Positions 22,145 through 35,415 of a DNA stretch of 64,000 nucleotides are shown here, in pieces. This stretch comes from Antedon mediterranea. Taxonomy: Eukaryota > Animalia > Echinodermata. The stretch lies in assembly GCF_964355755.1 (NCBI RefSeq), contig NC_092670.1:20880795-20944794 (forward strand), read 5' to 3'. The notes under the pieces were generated by a model, which searched no databases, was not told the origin of the DNA, and worked only from the letters and a program-made list of their open reading frames with translations. The first letter of the stretch is position 1, and every line of letters starts with the position of its first letter. The position numbers were made by a program, and so were the translations under genes.

Positions 22145-25100
22145 AATGTCAGTCATGAAAAAAATAAATAAAACGGTGAAATAAGTACTATCTAGACAGG
22201 CGATCAAATTCAGTAATATATGTTATTTTAGAAAAGCCTATTAAGCAAGAATTTACATTACCGAAACCATTGCATATTAAACATTTCGACAGAGAAGATA
22301 GATCACTGTTTACCAAATGACTACATTCTTCAAACAGTTAGATTAAAGGGATTTCTCCCCCTCCTCTCCCTAGTGAATTTGAATTACTTTTAAACCGCTT
22401 CAGAAAACATATAACCAGTAATTTGTTAGTAAGAAGGCAGTTTTTCCAAAACATCAAACATCGGAAAATTCAATGGAAGTATTATGCACATATGATTCTT
22501 CTCGTTGGGTCAGCTGAGGGGCAATAAGCGTTATAGTATTATAGGATATTCAACTCTTTAAATGATTCTCTTGCCAAAAATTTAAAAAAAGGAAAATCAC
22601 GCGTAAAGTGTCTAAACTTGGCACTACTGTACATTCAATATAGAAACATTTCATTTAGAATTTATGTAGGATGACCATGAATTACAGTAACTTTAAAGAT
22701 AAATCTTGACCAGTTTATAAAGCTTATTAAAGCAATTATATTGATTGATTGATTGATTGGCATTTCAATAATTATCGATACAGTGTATATGAAGGAAGAC
22801 AAAATTACACTCTTCCCTGTTTCACCTATGTTTTTAATTTGTTTTGTTACAATATTGTTTTTAAATAAATATACTTTGTTATCAACGGGAAAGAGCAGTT
22901 CTGCTGCGTGACAGAGTGAGGAACTGAGAATAGTGAGATTTTAGTCCTGCTTCCAAACTGTACATATTATACACACTAATAAATGAGCTGACTCAGTATA
23001 TATTGTATGTGTTTTTTGCCAGGGAATTTTTTTCTTCTTCTGGACGGCGAAAGATTAGTATCATATTTTTTTATACTTCTTAATTAATAATTACTGTATT
23101 ACATATAGATATATAACATTGGCTTATTATATATGGATATTATTATATGGATGTCCTATCCAAAATAAAAGAAAATGAGTGAATGAATATCAAATCAACA
23201 AGTGTATTTCTTTTTCTGAAACAGAAGTATATATTAATATTTAGGAATCACTCAACTTTTTGAACTTTCAATTTGTTACTACTGTCAAATCTATAGTTAG
23301 GTTATGCCAGTCTTCATTTACAAAAACGATTCTTTAATAATATTACTGTTATGGTAGTTCACTATTACTCATTGCCTATTTTTAATTTTTGATGTGTTCA
23401 TAACTTTCAATTTTGAAGCTTCCATCTGATTTGATTAATACAGATTCTGACTCACATTGTTAGCTGAGGTCGACATTATTGTTGACAGACAAATTATAGT
23501 CTTATACTAGTTGATTGCTCTTCTATAGTTCAATACAAAGCCACCGTTTTTCAGGCAGTCAAATTAACTGCAGTGTTGTTATTTGGTGTAGCCTACATTT
23601 GAGCGGTTACAATTCGGGATACAGAACACCGACTGGATTTTAAAGTCTAACATAACTTTGTTATTAAACGATCAAAAATAAGGGTTGACTTTGAAGTAAA
23701 TGCAAAAACACGTTATAGAAAGAAGTACCACCGAAAAAAAAAAACAGCTTGTAGATAAGTCCAGAATGAATGGCAACGAGCTTCTTTCTAAAAGATGAAC
23801 CGACTTCTTTTTAAATATACAGTACATGATCCGGCCAGAATTCCTTTTAAACTCCCTATCTTGTTCTACCACCAGAACGATGGTCGAGGAATCTGTGTCG
23901 ATTGCTGTGGTTCGAAGTGCCTGTGTCGTAACCGCTCAGACTAATGTCATATGTTTCCAAACAATTGTTGAGCAGACACTTTTCTGTTATACACATCAAT
24001 CAGTAGGGGTTACTAAAAAGATATGAAAAAGTAATATGCATTGTATTTAATTGAATAATTCGCTTTGATATTGAGTCAGAGGCATCCCAGTGTGATTGTC
24101 TCTTACAGCAGAAGGTTAACTATCGGTCAACAACATATTATTGTTACTAACATTATAATCCTTATCGGAATATTAATATTTTGCGGTCAACGTCAAATGT
24201 AATTTCTCCTTCTCGTAATCTTTAGCTATTATTTGTTTGTTATTGGTGAGTGAAGGAATAAGAAGAAGGGAGATTAATGCAGTAAACTTTTATTTCAACA
24301 AACATTCAACCGAGCTAATAATACGAAGAGCACAGGATGTGATTAGCTTCAGCCGGATCAACACCCTAGTTAAAAATGAATAAAATACATCAATGTTTAA
24401 TGCTTTCTAAGTTATCGTTACGAGATTGAGTCAGCTCTTTTTGACAGTTGAGGAAATCCTAACACTGCGGAGGAGTTGGAGACAGGACGACCCTATTCCT
24501 ATTACAAGTTAGGCCTAGGCCTACTAATAGACAAACAATAGTGTTCTAGGTTAACTCTCCCAATACAACAAAGTAAAACAAAACAAAGCAAACATGGCAA
24601 AATAACAGCAGATAAGTCTGTCAATTTCAAATTTTAAATTTCTGTCAATATAAGTGAACCAATATACTATATTTATTATTCGATAGGAGAAAATAAATCA
24701 GAATAACAATGAAAATAATATTAGATATATTGATCTTTTGAAGTTAATGAATAGAAGTATGTGGTGAACGCCACAAAAGAGAAAAAAAGTCTATCAATTT
24801 AATTAACAAAAATAAATCTTAGGTTCTTTACTTTTGAGCATAAAAGAACGAAAGGAACGCCAAAGTAATACAAGCAGGCTATTTACAGTAAGTGGTACTT
24901 GTAGCAAGCAATCCCAAACACAACAATTAGACAATTTGAAAAAACAGTAGCAGTTTTATTACAATGAATGATCAATCTGTAGTTGAAGTCAATGGTAATG
25001 CGCAACGTCAATTTTCATGCAGGCAAAATAAGCAATACTGACAGATAGACAAGTACACAATTCCAAATAAAGACAGAGACAAAACAAAAAGAATAACTAA

Positions 25101-25283
25101 ACCATAATGTTGACAAAGCTATTGAAAGATAAAGAAAGTTTAATTAAAGTACAGTATACTGAATTTATTTAAAACGTACACATTATTGAAATTACTCCAA
25201 ATTACACACTTTTTGATAACAGCAACGGATTTTCTAATTCAATTACCAACTTGCTAGATTGTTTAGATTATCAATACTTCTAA

Positions 25284-25464
25284 AGTTCTGTCTACACTAT
25301 CAAACTTTATGTGACAACAAATGTGATGTGGCCATATATGGACATGATGATGTCATGTCACTACCATATCTGGGAATATCACTACCATATTGGGGCATAT
25401 CACTACCATATTTGGGAACATCACATTTTTTTTTTCAAAGTAGTTTGATAGTGTAGACAGAGCT
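25284..25464 (+). mobile_element. Full-length MITE family A (PIF/Harbinger type, TAA TSD)
   Basis: TAA|AGTTCTGTCTACACTATCAAACT ... AGTTTGATAGTGTAGACAGAGCT|TAA, with internal 21-bp repeats ATCACTACCATATTTGGGCAT. Confidence 0.9.
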
Positions 25465-25757
25465 TAATGATCCAAACGGTGGATGTTCGGAGACATGACA
25501 CAATCCATCTGACTGGCTCTTCCTTCTCTCTAATGAGTTACTGCTTTTCATTACCATTATCGTCTGTTTTAATTCTATTTTTGTTTTTGACAGAATAGAT
25601 GATTCTAACTGTCTGCTTTGTTGGCGGAAATTATGTTTATTGGTGACACTCACTGGATGTCACAAAATGAATTAAACCCTAGCTTTTAAAATCATAGCTT
25701 TTCATAAAACATGTGTCTGTTCTAACTATTTACCATTCAGATAAGCTGTACTTAAAA

Positions 25758-25974
25758 ATTATGCAGGGAACATTTAACATTGTATTCTATCACGATCGTT
25801 ATGAAGAACAGTGTATTGTCTGCTCAATATCGACCAATCACAAGATCTTTACCATATCTATTAGGGTAACATTATGCAGGGAACATTGTACAGTGTATCC
25901 TATCACGATCGTTCTCCACATATTCCATTATGAAGAACAGTGTATTGTCTGCTCAATTTCGACCAATCACAAGA
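25758..25974. repeat. ~115-bp imperfect tandem duplication
   Basis: ATTATGCAGGGAACATT...CTATCACGATCGTT...ATGAAGAACAGTGTATTGTCTGCTCAAT.TCGACCAATCACAAGA occurs twice. Confidence 0.85.
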
Positions 25975-26067
25975 GCTGTATCTAAACAAGACCTCGTTTT
26001 AGTTGATGGAACAACTCATTAATCATTGTATTTCGTATAACTATGGAGTTCTCAATATACTACATTG

Positions 26068-26172
26068 AACAAGAAGACCATATACATGGTAGCAGCAGTC
26101 ACGTGCCCAAATTTGAGTTAGTGTCTACCGACCGACCGACCGACATAGTGAGCTGTAGAGTCGCGACTAAAA
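26068..26172. mobile_element. Short Helentron/DINE-1-like non-autonomous element remnant
   Basis: AACAAGAAGACC start, a (CCGA)4 microsatellite, then ACATAGTGAGCTGTAGAGTCGCGACTAAAA with a terminal palindrome. The layout resembles HINE/DINE-type elements. Confidence 0.4.
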
Positions 26173-26906
26173 ACACAATGTACTCTCAGTGCATTTTCAC
26201 TCATTGAAGAAGTACTCACCAGTGAATAAAGATTAAATCCATTCGAACAATAATCGTTTGTGTATTTTATCAAAATTACATTTGTTCAACACTGCACATT
26301 GTCTGCGAAACTTTCATTATACTGTATTTATAGTCGTGGAAGGTTTATAATAGGCGGCACAATAATTATGCATTTTTTTCTGACTTTAAATTAACCGATT
26401 ATCATTGTATATTTCTAATACAGATAATATTAATAACAATGAACGTGCGGATATGGAATACAATTTTCCTCTTTCATCAAACAAAGTGTAACATTTAACA
26501 ACTTAATAAAGAATGTTCTAATAAGATTCAACGACATACAGCAATAATAACAAGAAAAACAACATAAGAAAACCGTACATTCTTTTGAATGAACACTGAA
26601 TACCAGTTTCCTAACTAGTTAACCGAGGGAAGGAATCTGCACTTCCACGATTGTTGCTGCTACAGATGGCAATTAAACATACCTAATACTATCTTACCTT
26701 TACAAGGTATATTTTTATTTTATTCAAAGCAAATAACTTTTGTAATCGTATAGGTTATACTGTTTATACTGTACTACATTGTAGTAAATTTATAGAGTTG
26801 GTTCCGAGCGTAATGCGTTCTCTAGCGTATTTAATCAACGCGACGTACACTGACTGCCAAATGATTCCACATACAAAAAGTATACTGTATTCAACTAAAA
26901 CTTTTA

Positions 26907-27798
26907 GGCGCTAGTTCCGTTTCGCACCTGTCGTTTATTTCGACTCAAAATTGGTTAACTAACTTTATCGTGAGTACCACACCTTAGAATTAGGCCTCAA
27001 AAATACTTTTACGAAGGAGATCACACAAAAGTAAAAAATAAATCCTTTAAATTGATGAATTTACAGACGTGTTTCTCGCACATTCGGTTCGTGAATTTCG
27101 CATACTCCATGTTCAATGTTGTTGTTTATATGGAGTGCCAAAAGAGCAATCATAATAGAGGGCTAAAAACTCAGTAAATTGCGTATATTTAATGCATCTA
27201 TTGGTGAAAATTACGTTCAATTTTATCATATTTCGTCAATGTTAATGCAACAAAAATATTACTGTTGATACTGTACATGGTTTTTGCAGGAACTTTTAGG
27301 AATGAAAATCGACAAATTCATCATCATTGATTACATGTACTGTAGGGGTATACCTGATCTAAATAATATTCCTCTTTCTTAGTCTTACTCTTAGGCCTAG
27401 GGTTGGTTGCTATTTGAAAACAGCAAATTATTAGCAGTAAAATGTTACAGCATTTTTATTGACAAAATATATTAAAATTAAACGTGTATTTCAATAATAA
27501 ATGCATTAAAAGAAGACGCATTCCAGAGTTTTTAACCATCTATTGTTGTTGCTCTTCTGGCGCTCCATAGAAACGAAAATATTGAACTTCGAGTATGCTA
27601 AATTCGCGAACGGTATGCGAGAAACATGTCTGTAAAATCATCAATTTAAGGATTTATTTGTTACTTTTTATGTGATTCTTCTTCATAAAAGTACTTATGA
27701 GGCCCAATTTTAAGGTGTGGTATTCACAATAAGTTGCTTAACAATTTGGAGTCAAAAGGAAGTCGAAATAAAAACAGGTGCGAAACGGAACTAGCGCC
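26907..27798. mobile_element. 892-bp foldback element with ~370-bp imperfect inverted arms and an 8-bp TSD
   Basis: Perfect terminal GGCGCTAGTTCCGTTTCGCACCTGT / ACAGGTGCGAAACGGAACTAGCGCC. Complementarity continues inward to ~27270/27425. AACTTTTA flanks both sides (26899-26906, 27799-27806). Confidence 0.9.
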
Positions 27799-29889
27799 AA
27801 CTTTTATTTCTGGTAACTCAGTACAGTATTAATACAATACAACTTTCTATCAGTCTAGACCTTTCTTCTCTATACTGTATAAGTCTTTCTACTATCATAT
27901 TATTTTCTCTTCTCCCTTATCTATAACATTTACTACTTATACTTGACATGCAAATTAGGGGCTTCTGAGGAGGATAACATGTTCCCTCCAAAGTTTCCCA
28001 CCAAATTTATACCATTTTGATTGGCTTGTAAATTTAGCAGACGTAGTCTAAAGCATCCTTTATCAAACCACAGGAAATCAGATAAATATTATGACATACA
28101 TATTTTAATATAAAATTGTATTCCAATATAAAATGGAAACATTATATTTTGGGAATCGTTTTTGTTTTATCCACAATTGGCCAAACTATTTAAAGCGCCA
28201 CCACCTTCTTTGTAACCAGTCAATGTGTCCGTTAATGTCGGTCAGATTGTCACAGTTAGGTCAGTGAGTTAGTAAAATCAGTCAGTCAATCAGTCGGTCG
28301 GTTAGCCCGTCAACCATCAGTCTCTCACTAAGTCAATTCATAAAACCAACATAAAGAATAAATTGTTCATAGCAACATTCTGCCGACGAAACGAAGACAT
28401 CAATGTTGCTATAAAACGAACGTATTATAATCTACTTGATGTTTACGTCACGTCTTGATTGGATGTACGTGTCTAGTGTCCAGATAACATTACACCATTT
28501 GAGTCGAAATCCTAATTTGATTACTATCTCTTCGATGTTCTGTTTGGCAAGCGTGAAGGGTTTTTTTTTTATTTGGATTCAAGTCAGACAGAATAGTTGA
28601 TGCGTTATACTGTAGAGTACCATGATATCTACACAATTATGTATCGCTTTATTTTGAATCAAATCGCGAGTGAAAACGCCTTCAGTCTACTTCAGTGCAC
28701 GAAAAGCGACACTTTCTAAAATTCTTAACGCGTAGTCGGCACGCAACTGCTCACGGGCGAAGTTAAACTACAAACATCACTATTAGATTTGCGCGTATTA
28801 GTACGCATACATTACGCGGAATTGTGACCAGAAAAATGAGTCGCCTTGTCTTTGTCGAAACTGATGAATGATGATTATTAATCCTATTGAAAAGGTGACA
28901 TTTAGTGATCACTATAGTGACAATTATTTATAGAAAACATATTGTATTCAAGCGCATTGTTATAGTATGATATTTCAAACCGTAGTATTTTCCATCAGTC
29001 AGTATCGGCATTCCTCATTAGCGGGACTCTTAAGAGAGGTTTCAATTTGATGACGTCAAGAATCTTTACAACATGCATTAATTAACTGTTTGTTTACCAT
29101 AATAAGATTACCTTTAACACATAGGATTCCGCTTGACTTTCACTATTACTTAGGTGGTGATATTTTTAAACGAACATTAATGACTTAAAACCTCAACTCG
29201 ACGATCTCTATGACGTCATTGAATGATGTATTAAGCCCATTTGTAGGAAATCTCAAATGTTTTGAAATCAATGTTGTTGTAAATTCAACAATACATACAA
29301 TGTATGGAAATGTGTATACGTGCAAGGCACATAGAAAATATTGATTGTTTTGTAATAGCATTATTAATGCTAGGCCTAGTAACTGATTTTACGTTAAAAG
29401 AGCAATAATGTGTTGTCTAGCATGTGTTTCTTCTCTCCACAGTACCTCCTCCCTATGCTTTTTTTATGGCACTCAACTATGTAATTACTCATTTAAAATG
29501 TATTTGTATGTAAACCCGATAATTTGTTACATATTGTATTGCAAATGAAATCTCGGTCGTATGACAGTAGTCTTTGATCTTGCCGAGTATTTTAGTAATG
29601 CTTATGTTAAACGTTTAGAAGCGTCACATAAGTAGGCCTATGCCAACAACAAAATGAAAAACTTTATAAAACGAAGCAGCAAAAAAAAAAATCCTGAAAA
29701 AATTAATTACTCCTACATTACTCTGAGCACCCGGTCGTCTGTGGCAAGGCAAATGTGTATCCTGCTCCTTTGTTTGGTCACCTAGGTAGGGGTCCGGGAC
29801 CGCGACAGAATGACAACGGATGGGGACCCTCCAAAGAAATTGCATTTTATTTGCCAGGAATTTGTATGATTTATTTCTTTTTTATTTTT

Positions 29890-29956
29890 AAATGCGCCTT
29901 GAGCACTCTGGAGTGGTATGTGCGCTATAAAAATCTTATTATTATTATTATTATTA
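29890..29956 (+). mobile_element. L2/CR1-type LINE/SINE 3' tail remnant with (ATT)n
   Basis: AATGCGCCTTGAGCAC...GTGCGCTATAAAAATCTT followed by (ATT)n; similar to 22078-22144. Confidence 0.55.
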
Positions 29957-31605
29957 CATATGGGTGTCGTTACTAGAGGAGAAAACATCCGTTAAAAATG
30001 TATCCGTTATAATACAAAGTATAATAGAAAGTTTAACAAAATCTTAGCCTCAACTGTACCTTTAATTTTGTTCTTACAAACGGTTTGGTTTAATGAATGC
30101 CGATGTATTTGCGTATGTACTGCAAAATATCTTTAGTCTATCATACTTTTAGGGGGGAAATGATAGATTCCAACTCTATAATAAACAGTTACGTCTAAGC
30201 CTCTCTGCACACGAATTTACATTACATTAAAAATAGGCTATTGAAGTCTATTAATACTTAGGAAATGCATCTTTAAGAATTAGACGAGATTTCATTAATG
30301 CACTGACGTCATCGAATTAATTATTTCCCGGCGTGTTGTTCTTAATGTACAAGTGCAATGTCCAAACAATAAGTAAACACATTGAAGATAGTGTTCATGT
30401 AGAAAGTAGCAAACGCCGAGCTATAATGAATAACTACATCCGGGCCTGTGTTTACGGTTAGGCCTATGCTATCTGTATATTTTACAACTGAAAGAGTGCC
30501 ATTTTTAAAGTTTTATACCGATATACTCGATACACAGATAACAAGAGGCCTACTGATGCACACACACGCACTGTCAGGTTTGTAAACGATGTGTTAACAA
30601 AAACAAATGTATAGGCCTACTTCGAAATGTCTTTAATGTAGCACCTATAACTACCTAGGCCTGCCGTGCGCAAATATGGAACGGAAACTTCTAAGAGGTG
30701 CATGTCTTCATACGCCATTCCACTCTACGTAACGAACGAACAGTCTTATTCATTTTTTGATACAGTATACATTAAAGGGATAAAGAATAATTACGATGTT
30801 TACGTCATTGTAAATGAAAATAAATACAGTTGCGTCAATAATTTATTTTCTTGTCGTTATAACATTTAATTGTTGCAGGTTCTTAAGATTATAATCTGTA
30901 CTTATAAAACAACAGAAATAAAAATGTAAACTAACTTTTTTTTAAAGCAGAAATGGCCAATAAAATCACAATAATGACGTAACATTTACGTGTGCGGAGA
31001 ATAGTGATTTTGTTATCAATGTTTGTACGCGCGTTAACCTTTTTTATCTATCGGCAGTGACGCCACATATTTTTAAAAACACATATCCGCACATTATGTG
31101 AGTAAAGAGAAATTTGACGCGCGTGTTCAAAAGGTGATGATACTGACATAATTTGGTATACGCGCGCGTTAAATTTATGTTATCTCTGGGAATCATAGTG
31201 GTCTGACTCGGACATGTTTTCTAAAGCAATATGCACTTCTTCTTTTATCAAAATGTCTCATAATCTGTGACTTTCACTTTTACCAGCAGCACATGTTGAA
31301 CATTTAATCTGTCAGAAGACGCATGTTATTCAGGTCAATTTAACGGTATTAGTTATTATATTACATTGTTAAGCTGCCACAGGTGGTTCTCAGTAGCGTT
31401 TGATGTGCCATCCATATGGATTAGACATTTGTTCATCTTGTTTAGTTATTGTCTCTAAGTACTACCAGACATGAGGATAATAATAGAAGATTTTACAGTA
31501 AATTGATGTGACAAGTCTCAGTAGGCCTAAATATTTTGCGCAGTCAAAACGGAATAGGCACTTTTGAGTTTTCCAAACATTCTGCGCATTCTCATAGGTT
31601 TCTAA

Positions 31606-31747
31606 AGCTTGGTTCACACGCAACGCATCTACGTAAGTGAGTTGACCAATAATCACAAGCGGCAGTATGATGATCCAACGCGTCGTGATTGATCAAATTA
31701 CTTGCGGTGCGCTTACGCATTGCGTTGCCTCCTAGTGGAAACCAGCA
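31606..31747. mobile_element. MITE family B (PIF/Harbinger type)
   Basis: TAA|AGCTTGGTTCACAC..CGCAACGCA...TGCGTTGCCTCCTAGTGGAAACCAGCA|TAA. Confidence 0.8.
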
Positions 31748-32664
31748 TAACAAACAATCTGCGCATTCGCATAAGCTGAAATAAACAAATCAACCGTAAA
31801 TACACAAACCAAAATTAAAACGATACGGTATATAATAACTAATACAAATCATAAATGTTGTTTTCTTTTTTTGTACATAATTTTTGTTGAAAGTTGTCTG
31901 GCACGTATGTACGGACATTTAACTACATTTAAATGGTTACCAAACTGACAAGCACTCGCTTATTATTTTGGTATTCTATTAAATATTGTAAATGTAATTG
32001 TGAATTGTGAATAATGTGTATTGTTAAACATAATAAGAAGCCAGCGAGAATATATAAGGCCTCTGCCTATATTGCTTATCAACACTTTAAAAAACTAGTT
32101 CATGCTTGTAATACTATTCATTAACTACACCAATCCAGCAGTCGATTGCACTTGATATTCAATTCAAAGCAATTCAAACAATAGTAAATCTTCTATAAAC
32201 CAGTACTTGATAACAGGAGATACACGCGCGTCGTGTATAGGACTCATTTGGCTACAGCACGAGCCTACTCATCAATATCCTATCGTCCTGTTTTGTGATT
32301 ATGTTAACAGCAATTAATACCACAACATGCGCGCGTGTCAAAACACTTACTAATATTTTATCTTTATTACTATTATTACATGCGCGCGCGAGGGCAATGA
32401 GCTAGTTTTACGAACCATTTAGCCACAACCGGTTTTCAAGTATTATAGCCGTCCACTGCAAAAGAGTATCTCACATCTTATCATGATTATGAAGATAAAC
32501 CAAAACAGTCTTGATATGTAGTTCATTGATAATAAACCAGTATAAATTTAACTTACGTTTCACCAAAAAGTGTTCCTTTTTACAGATATGGGCGTAGTAC
32601 CACATTCAAACTCATGTCTTTTTTATGTACGATTTAGAAAATCATGATGATATAATAATTCCAC

Positions 32665-32915
32665 TTAATCTGGGATTATTTCTTTAATCTTCTTTAATGG
32701 CATATCATTTATCTGGAATTATATCTATTGATATCTGGGATTATTGATATATAAACACATTCACGTGAATTATCTGGCATTAATAAGAATAATAATCCCA
32801 AATTCATATCACTTATCTGGATCTAGGATTAACAACAATAATAATTCAATATTCAGATGACTGAATTGGGATTAATAAAAATATAATGCCAGATCCCGAT
32901 TATTTATCCTAGATC
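32665..32915. repeat. Degenerate short repeat of (T)ATCTGG(G/A)ATT with some inverted copies
   Basis: Repeated ATCTGGGATTA / ATCTGGAATTA / ATCTGGCATTA, plus inverted ATAATCCCA / ATAATGCCAGAT. Confidence 0.5.
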
Positions 32916-35327
32916 ATTATGAGGAATACTTATATTTAAAAAAATGTATTTCATTGTGATAAGTTGACCATTGTTGTTTGCGATTGACATACAATACGGT
33001 TAGATCATCCACAAATGTACAGCAAATTGACCCCTACAATATTGAGCACAATCCGTCAAACACAATAACAATATCAAGAAATTCAAATTGATCGCTTATG
33101 TTACAAATACTTAGAAACAGTAATGTATGAACGTCATTGTTACAGCCATCCATCCACTTCAAGACTAAATTTAGGTTTTCAAGAAACACTATGCCTATAT
33201 ACAATATATTTTATTTAAACCGTACTATCGTAAAACACATTTTATAACACAGTTTTTTATAAACACGCATTTGACGCGCGCGCAAAAGTCGTATCATTAT
33301 TATCAGCTTTTAGACGCGCAGGCCAAAATACAACTGTCGATGGTTGATGTAAAATGAGAGCGCTGCGCGTTTTAAATCCTTTGTAAGGAGGTCGATTTAA
33401 CTGCGAACTATCGCTTGTTTACACACAGTCCTGTTGTTCGGTACATCACTGACGTCATCAAACTAACATTTATTGTTCAGCAGGGATGAAGTATCGCTGT
33501 TCTGTTTATATCAGATTATGTAACGATTTTCAATCATTGTATTGGAATGCATAGATTTATAAAATGTGTGCTTTAAAGTATAATATATTTGATGTGGGTG
33601 TTGATTGATTGATTGATGACGATCGATAGATGGGGATTAGATCAATCAAAGAACAAATAAAATATAATTGTATTGGATCGAATAGTAATCTTCAACTTGA
33701 TGATAGAAATCACGTGGCTTATTAAATTGTTGTAATTGATAATTTAACGTACCAAACTATCTACAATAATAGATGAAGCAATTTATTTTCTCCTTCAGTA
33801 TACTATTACGTTCATTGCTAAAAATTATAATACATAACATTCCGAAGTGCTATTCTCGTTAAGATAACCGAGAAAGATCATAACATTAAATTATCAATAT
33901 ATTTTTTTCATTTATGATGTTTGATCTTCTAATTATGCTGCCTCCATAGTTAATTTTAGATCTACTCAACTATTAAATCATACGGTATTCAAAAACATAT
34001 TCAGTAATTAGACTGTTAAAAAAAGTCAACTACGTCATCGGTGTTAGTTATGACGCACTTCATCGCGTAATGCCAAATTTAACCTTTGGAACGCGGCTAG
34101 AGTGAATGAATGCTATACATAATGTTGGAACCTCTCAGTATGTTTGGCACGATCGGAGGCAATGAACTCCTCAGCCGCATGTTTTTCATCGTAAACTATT
34201 CATCTGCTGCTAAAGATTGCAAGCCTAAAACATTCAGACTTAGCTAAACTAAATTACAAAAGGACAGACGTGGTAACAACGTAAAGGCCTACTATTCATC
34301 GGGTGCAAAGGCTTAGTCAAGCAGACTAATCTGGGCTTAACGAACATAAACGAGACAGGCGCATGCGCATTTCAATGTTATAACTTACGACCAATCTCAA
34401 ACAAGATCAGGTACCCAGGTTTATACTCACAAGTAGAGAATATAATGTATGTTTATTACATAATTTGGTAGGCGTATTAATCTGACCGTATAGGTCAATA
34501 CCAACATGTTTATCGTTTAATCAGAGTAATACAACCTACATGTTTAGGAATCGTTTTTAAGAACAAATCTGATTTAAAATATTTTTTACCAAACAAACTT
34601 TTATTTCTTATATCATTTTCTGCCTTCTTGCATGCTTAATTTCGACAGGCTATGATTCGACTCGCTTATCTTTTATTACTACAGTACTATTAATGTTCGA
34701 CCACAGGCTAGGCTTCTGGCCCGGTAATTTTAGCCTTGTTTAGTCGAGATTACTTATATATAGGGCTGGCCCCAGCTAAACCGGTTATCGTAGTCGTATT
34801 TTGCGGAAACGTGGGGCTTATCGTCTGACAATTACACTACTGCCTCGAGGATGTTCTTTTTTTTTCAAAGGAAATTGAATGGTCATCAATAAAATAACAT
34901 TTACCTATGATTTGTCATGATGTAATATAATTTACACAAACATTTTTTTATGAAATTTAATCCAATTATTTATGAATTGTTAAATGGTTATAGGTAGCTA
35001 GTATAAACATGAAGGACGTACGCGCAATGCAAGAAATTTGACCAATCTGAAGCTATGGGTTATCCCAACTGTCGCTTGGCAAACCTAATCAAATTATTAG
35101 CAGTAGGGTGTGGTTGAGGCAGCGCGGTTATCATTATTCAAGACGGTAAGCTTGGGCCTAAACACCTAATGATATAAGTGATATCGAGCTGCAAGATTGC
35201 AGATATATGCTATTTCCTTATAAATGAAATATTGATTTAACATAATAGATTAATAACTGCATTAAGATAAGAGGTTGACGAGAGTATAACGGTAAAGGGT
35301 AACTAGACCCTTCAATTGGAATTATAA

Positions 35328-35415
35328 AGCTTGGTTCCTACTTGGACGCAACGCAATCGTGTTGACCAATGACAAGCGACAGTTCGAATAATTCATCGCT
35401 TGTGATTGGTCAAAT
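35328..35415. mobile_element. Partial MITE family B
   Basis: TAA|AGCTTGGTTCCTACTTGGACGCAACGCAA..TTGACCAATGACAAGCGA...TCGCTTGTGATTGGTCAA. Confidence 0.75.

Noticed and set aside
25259-25456. Family of similar small ORFs (also 55275-55472 and 55781-56080)
   Set aside because: They are translations of MITE family A and its 21-bp internal repeats.
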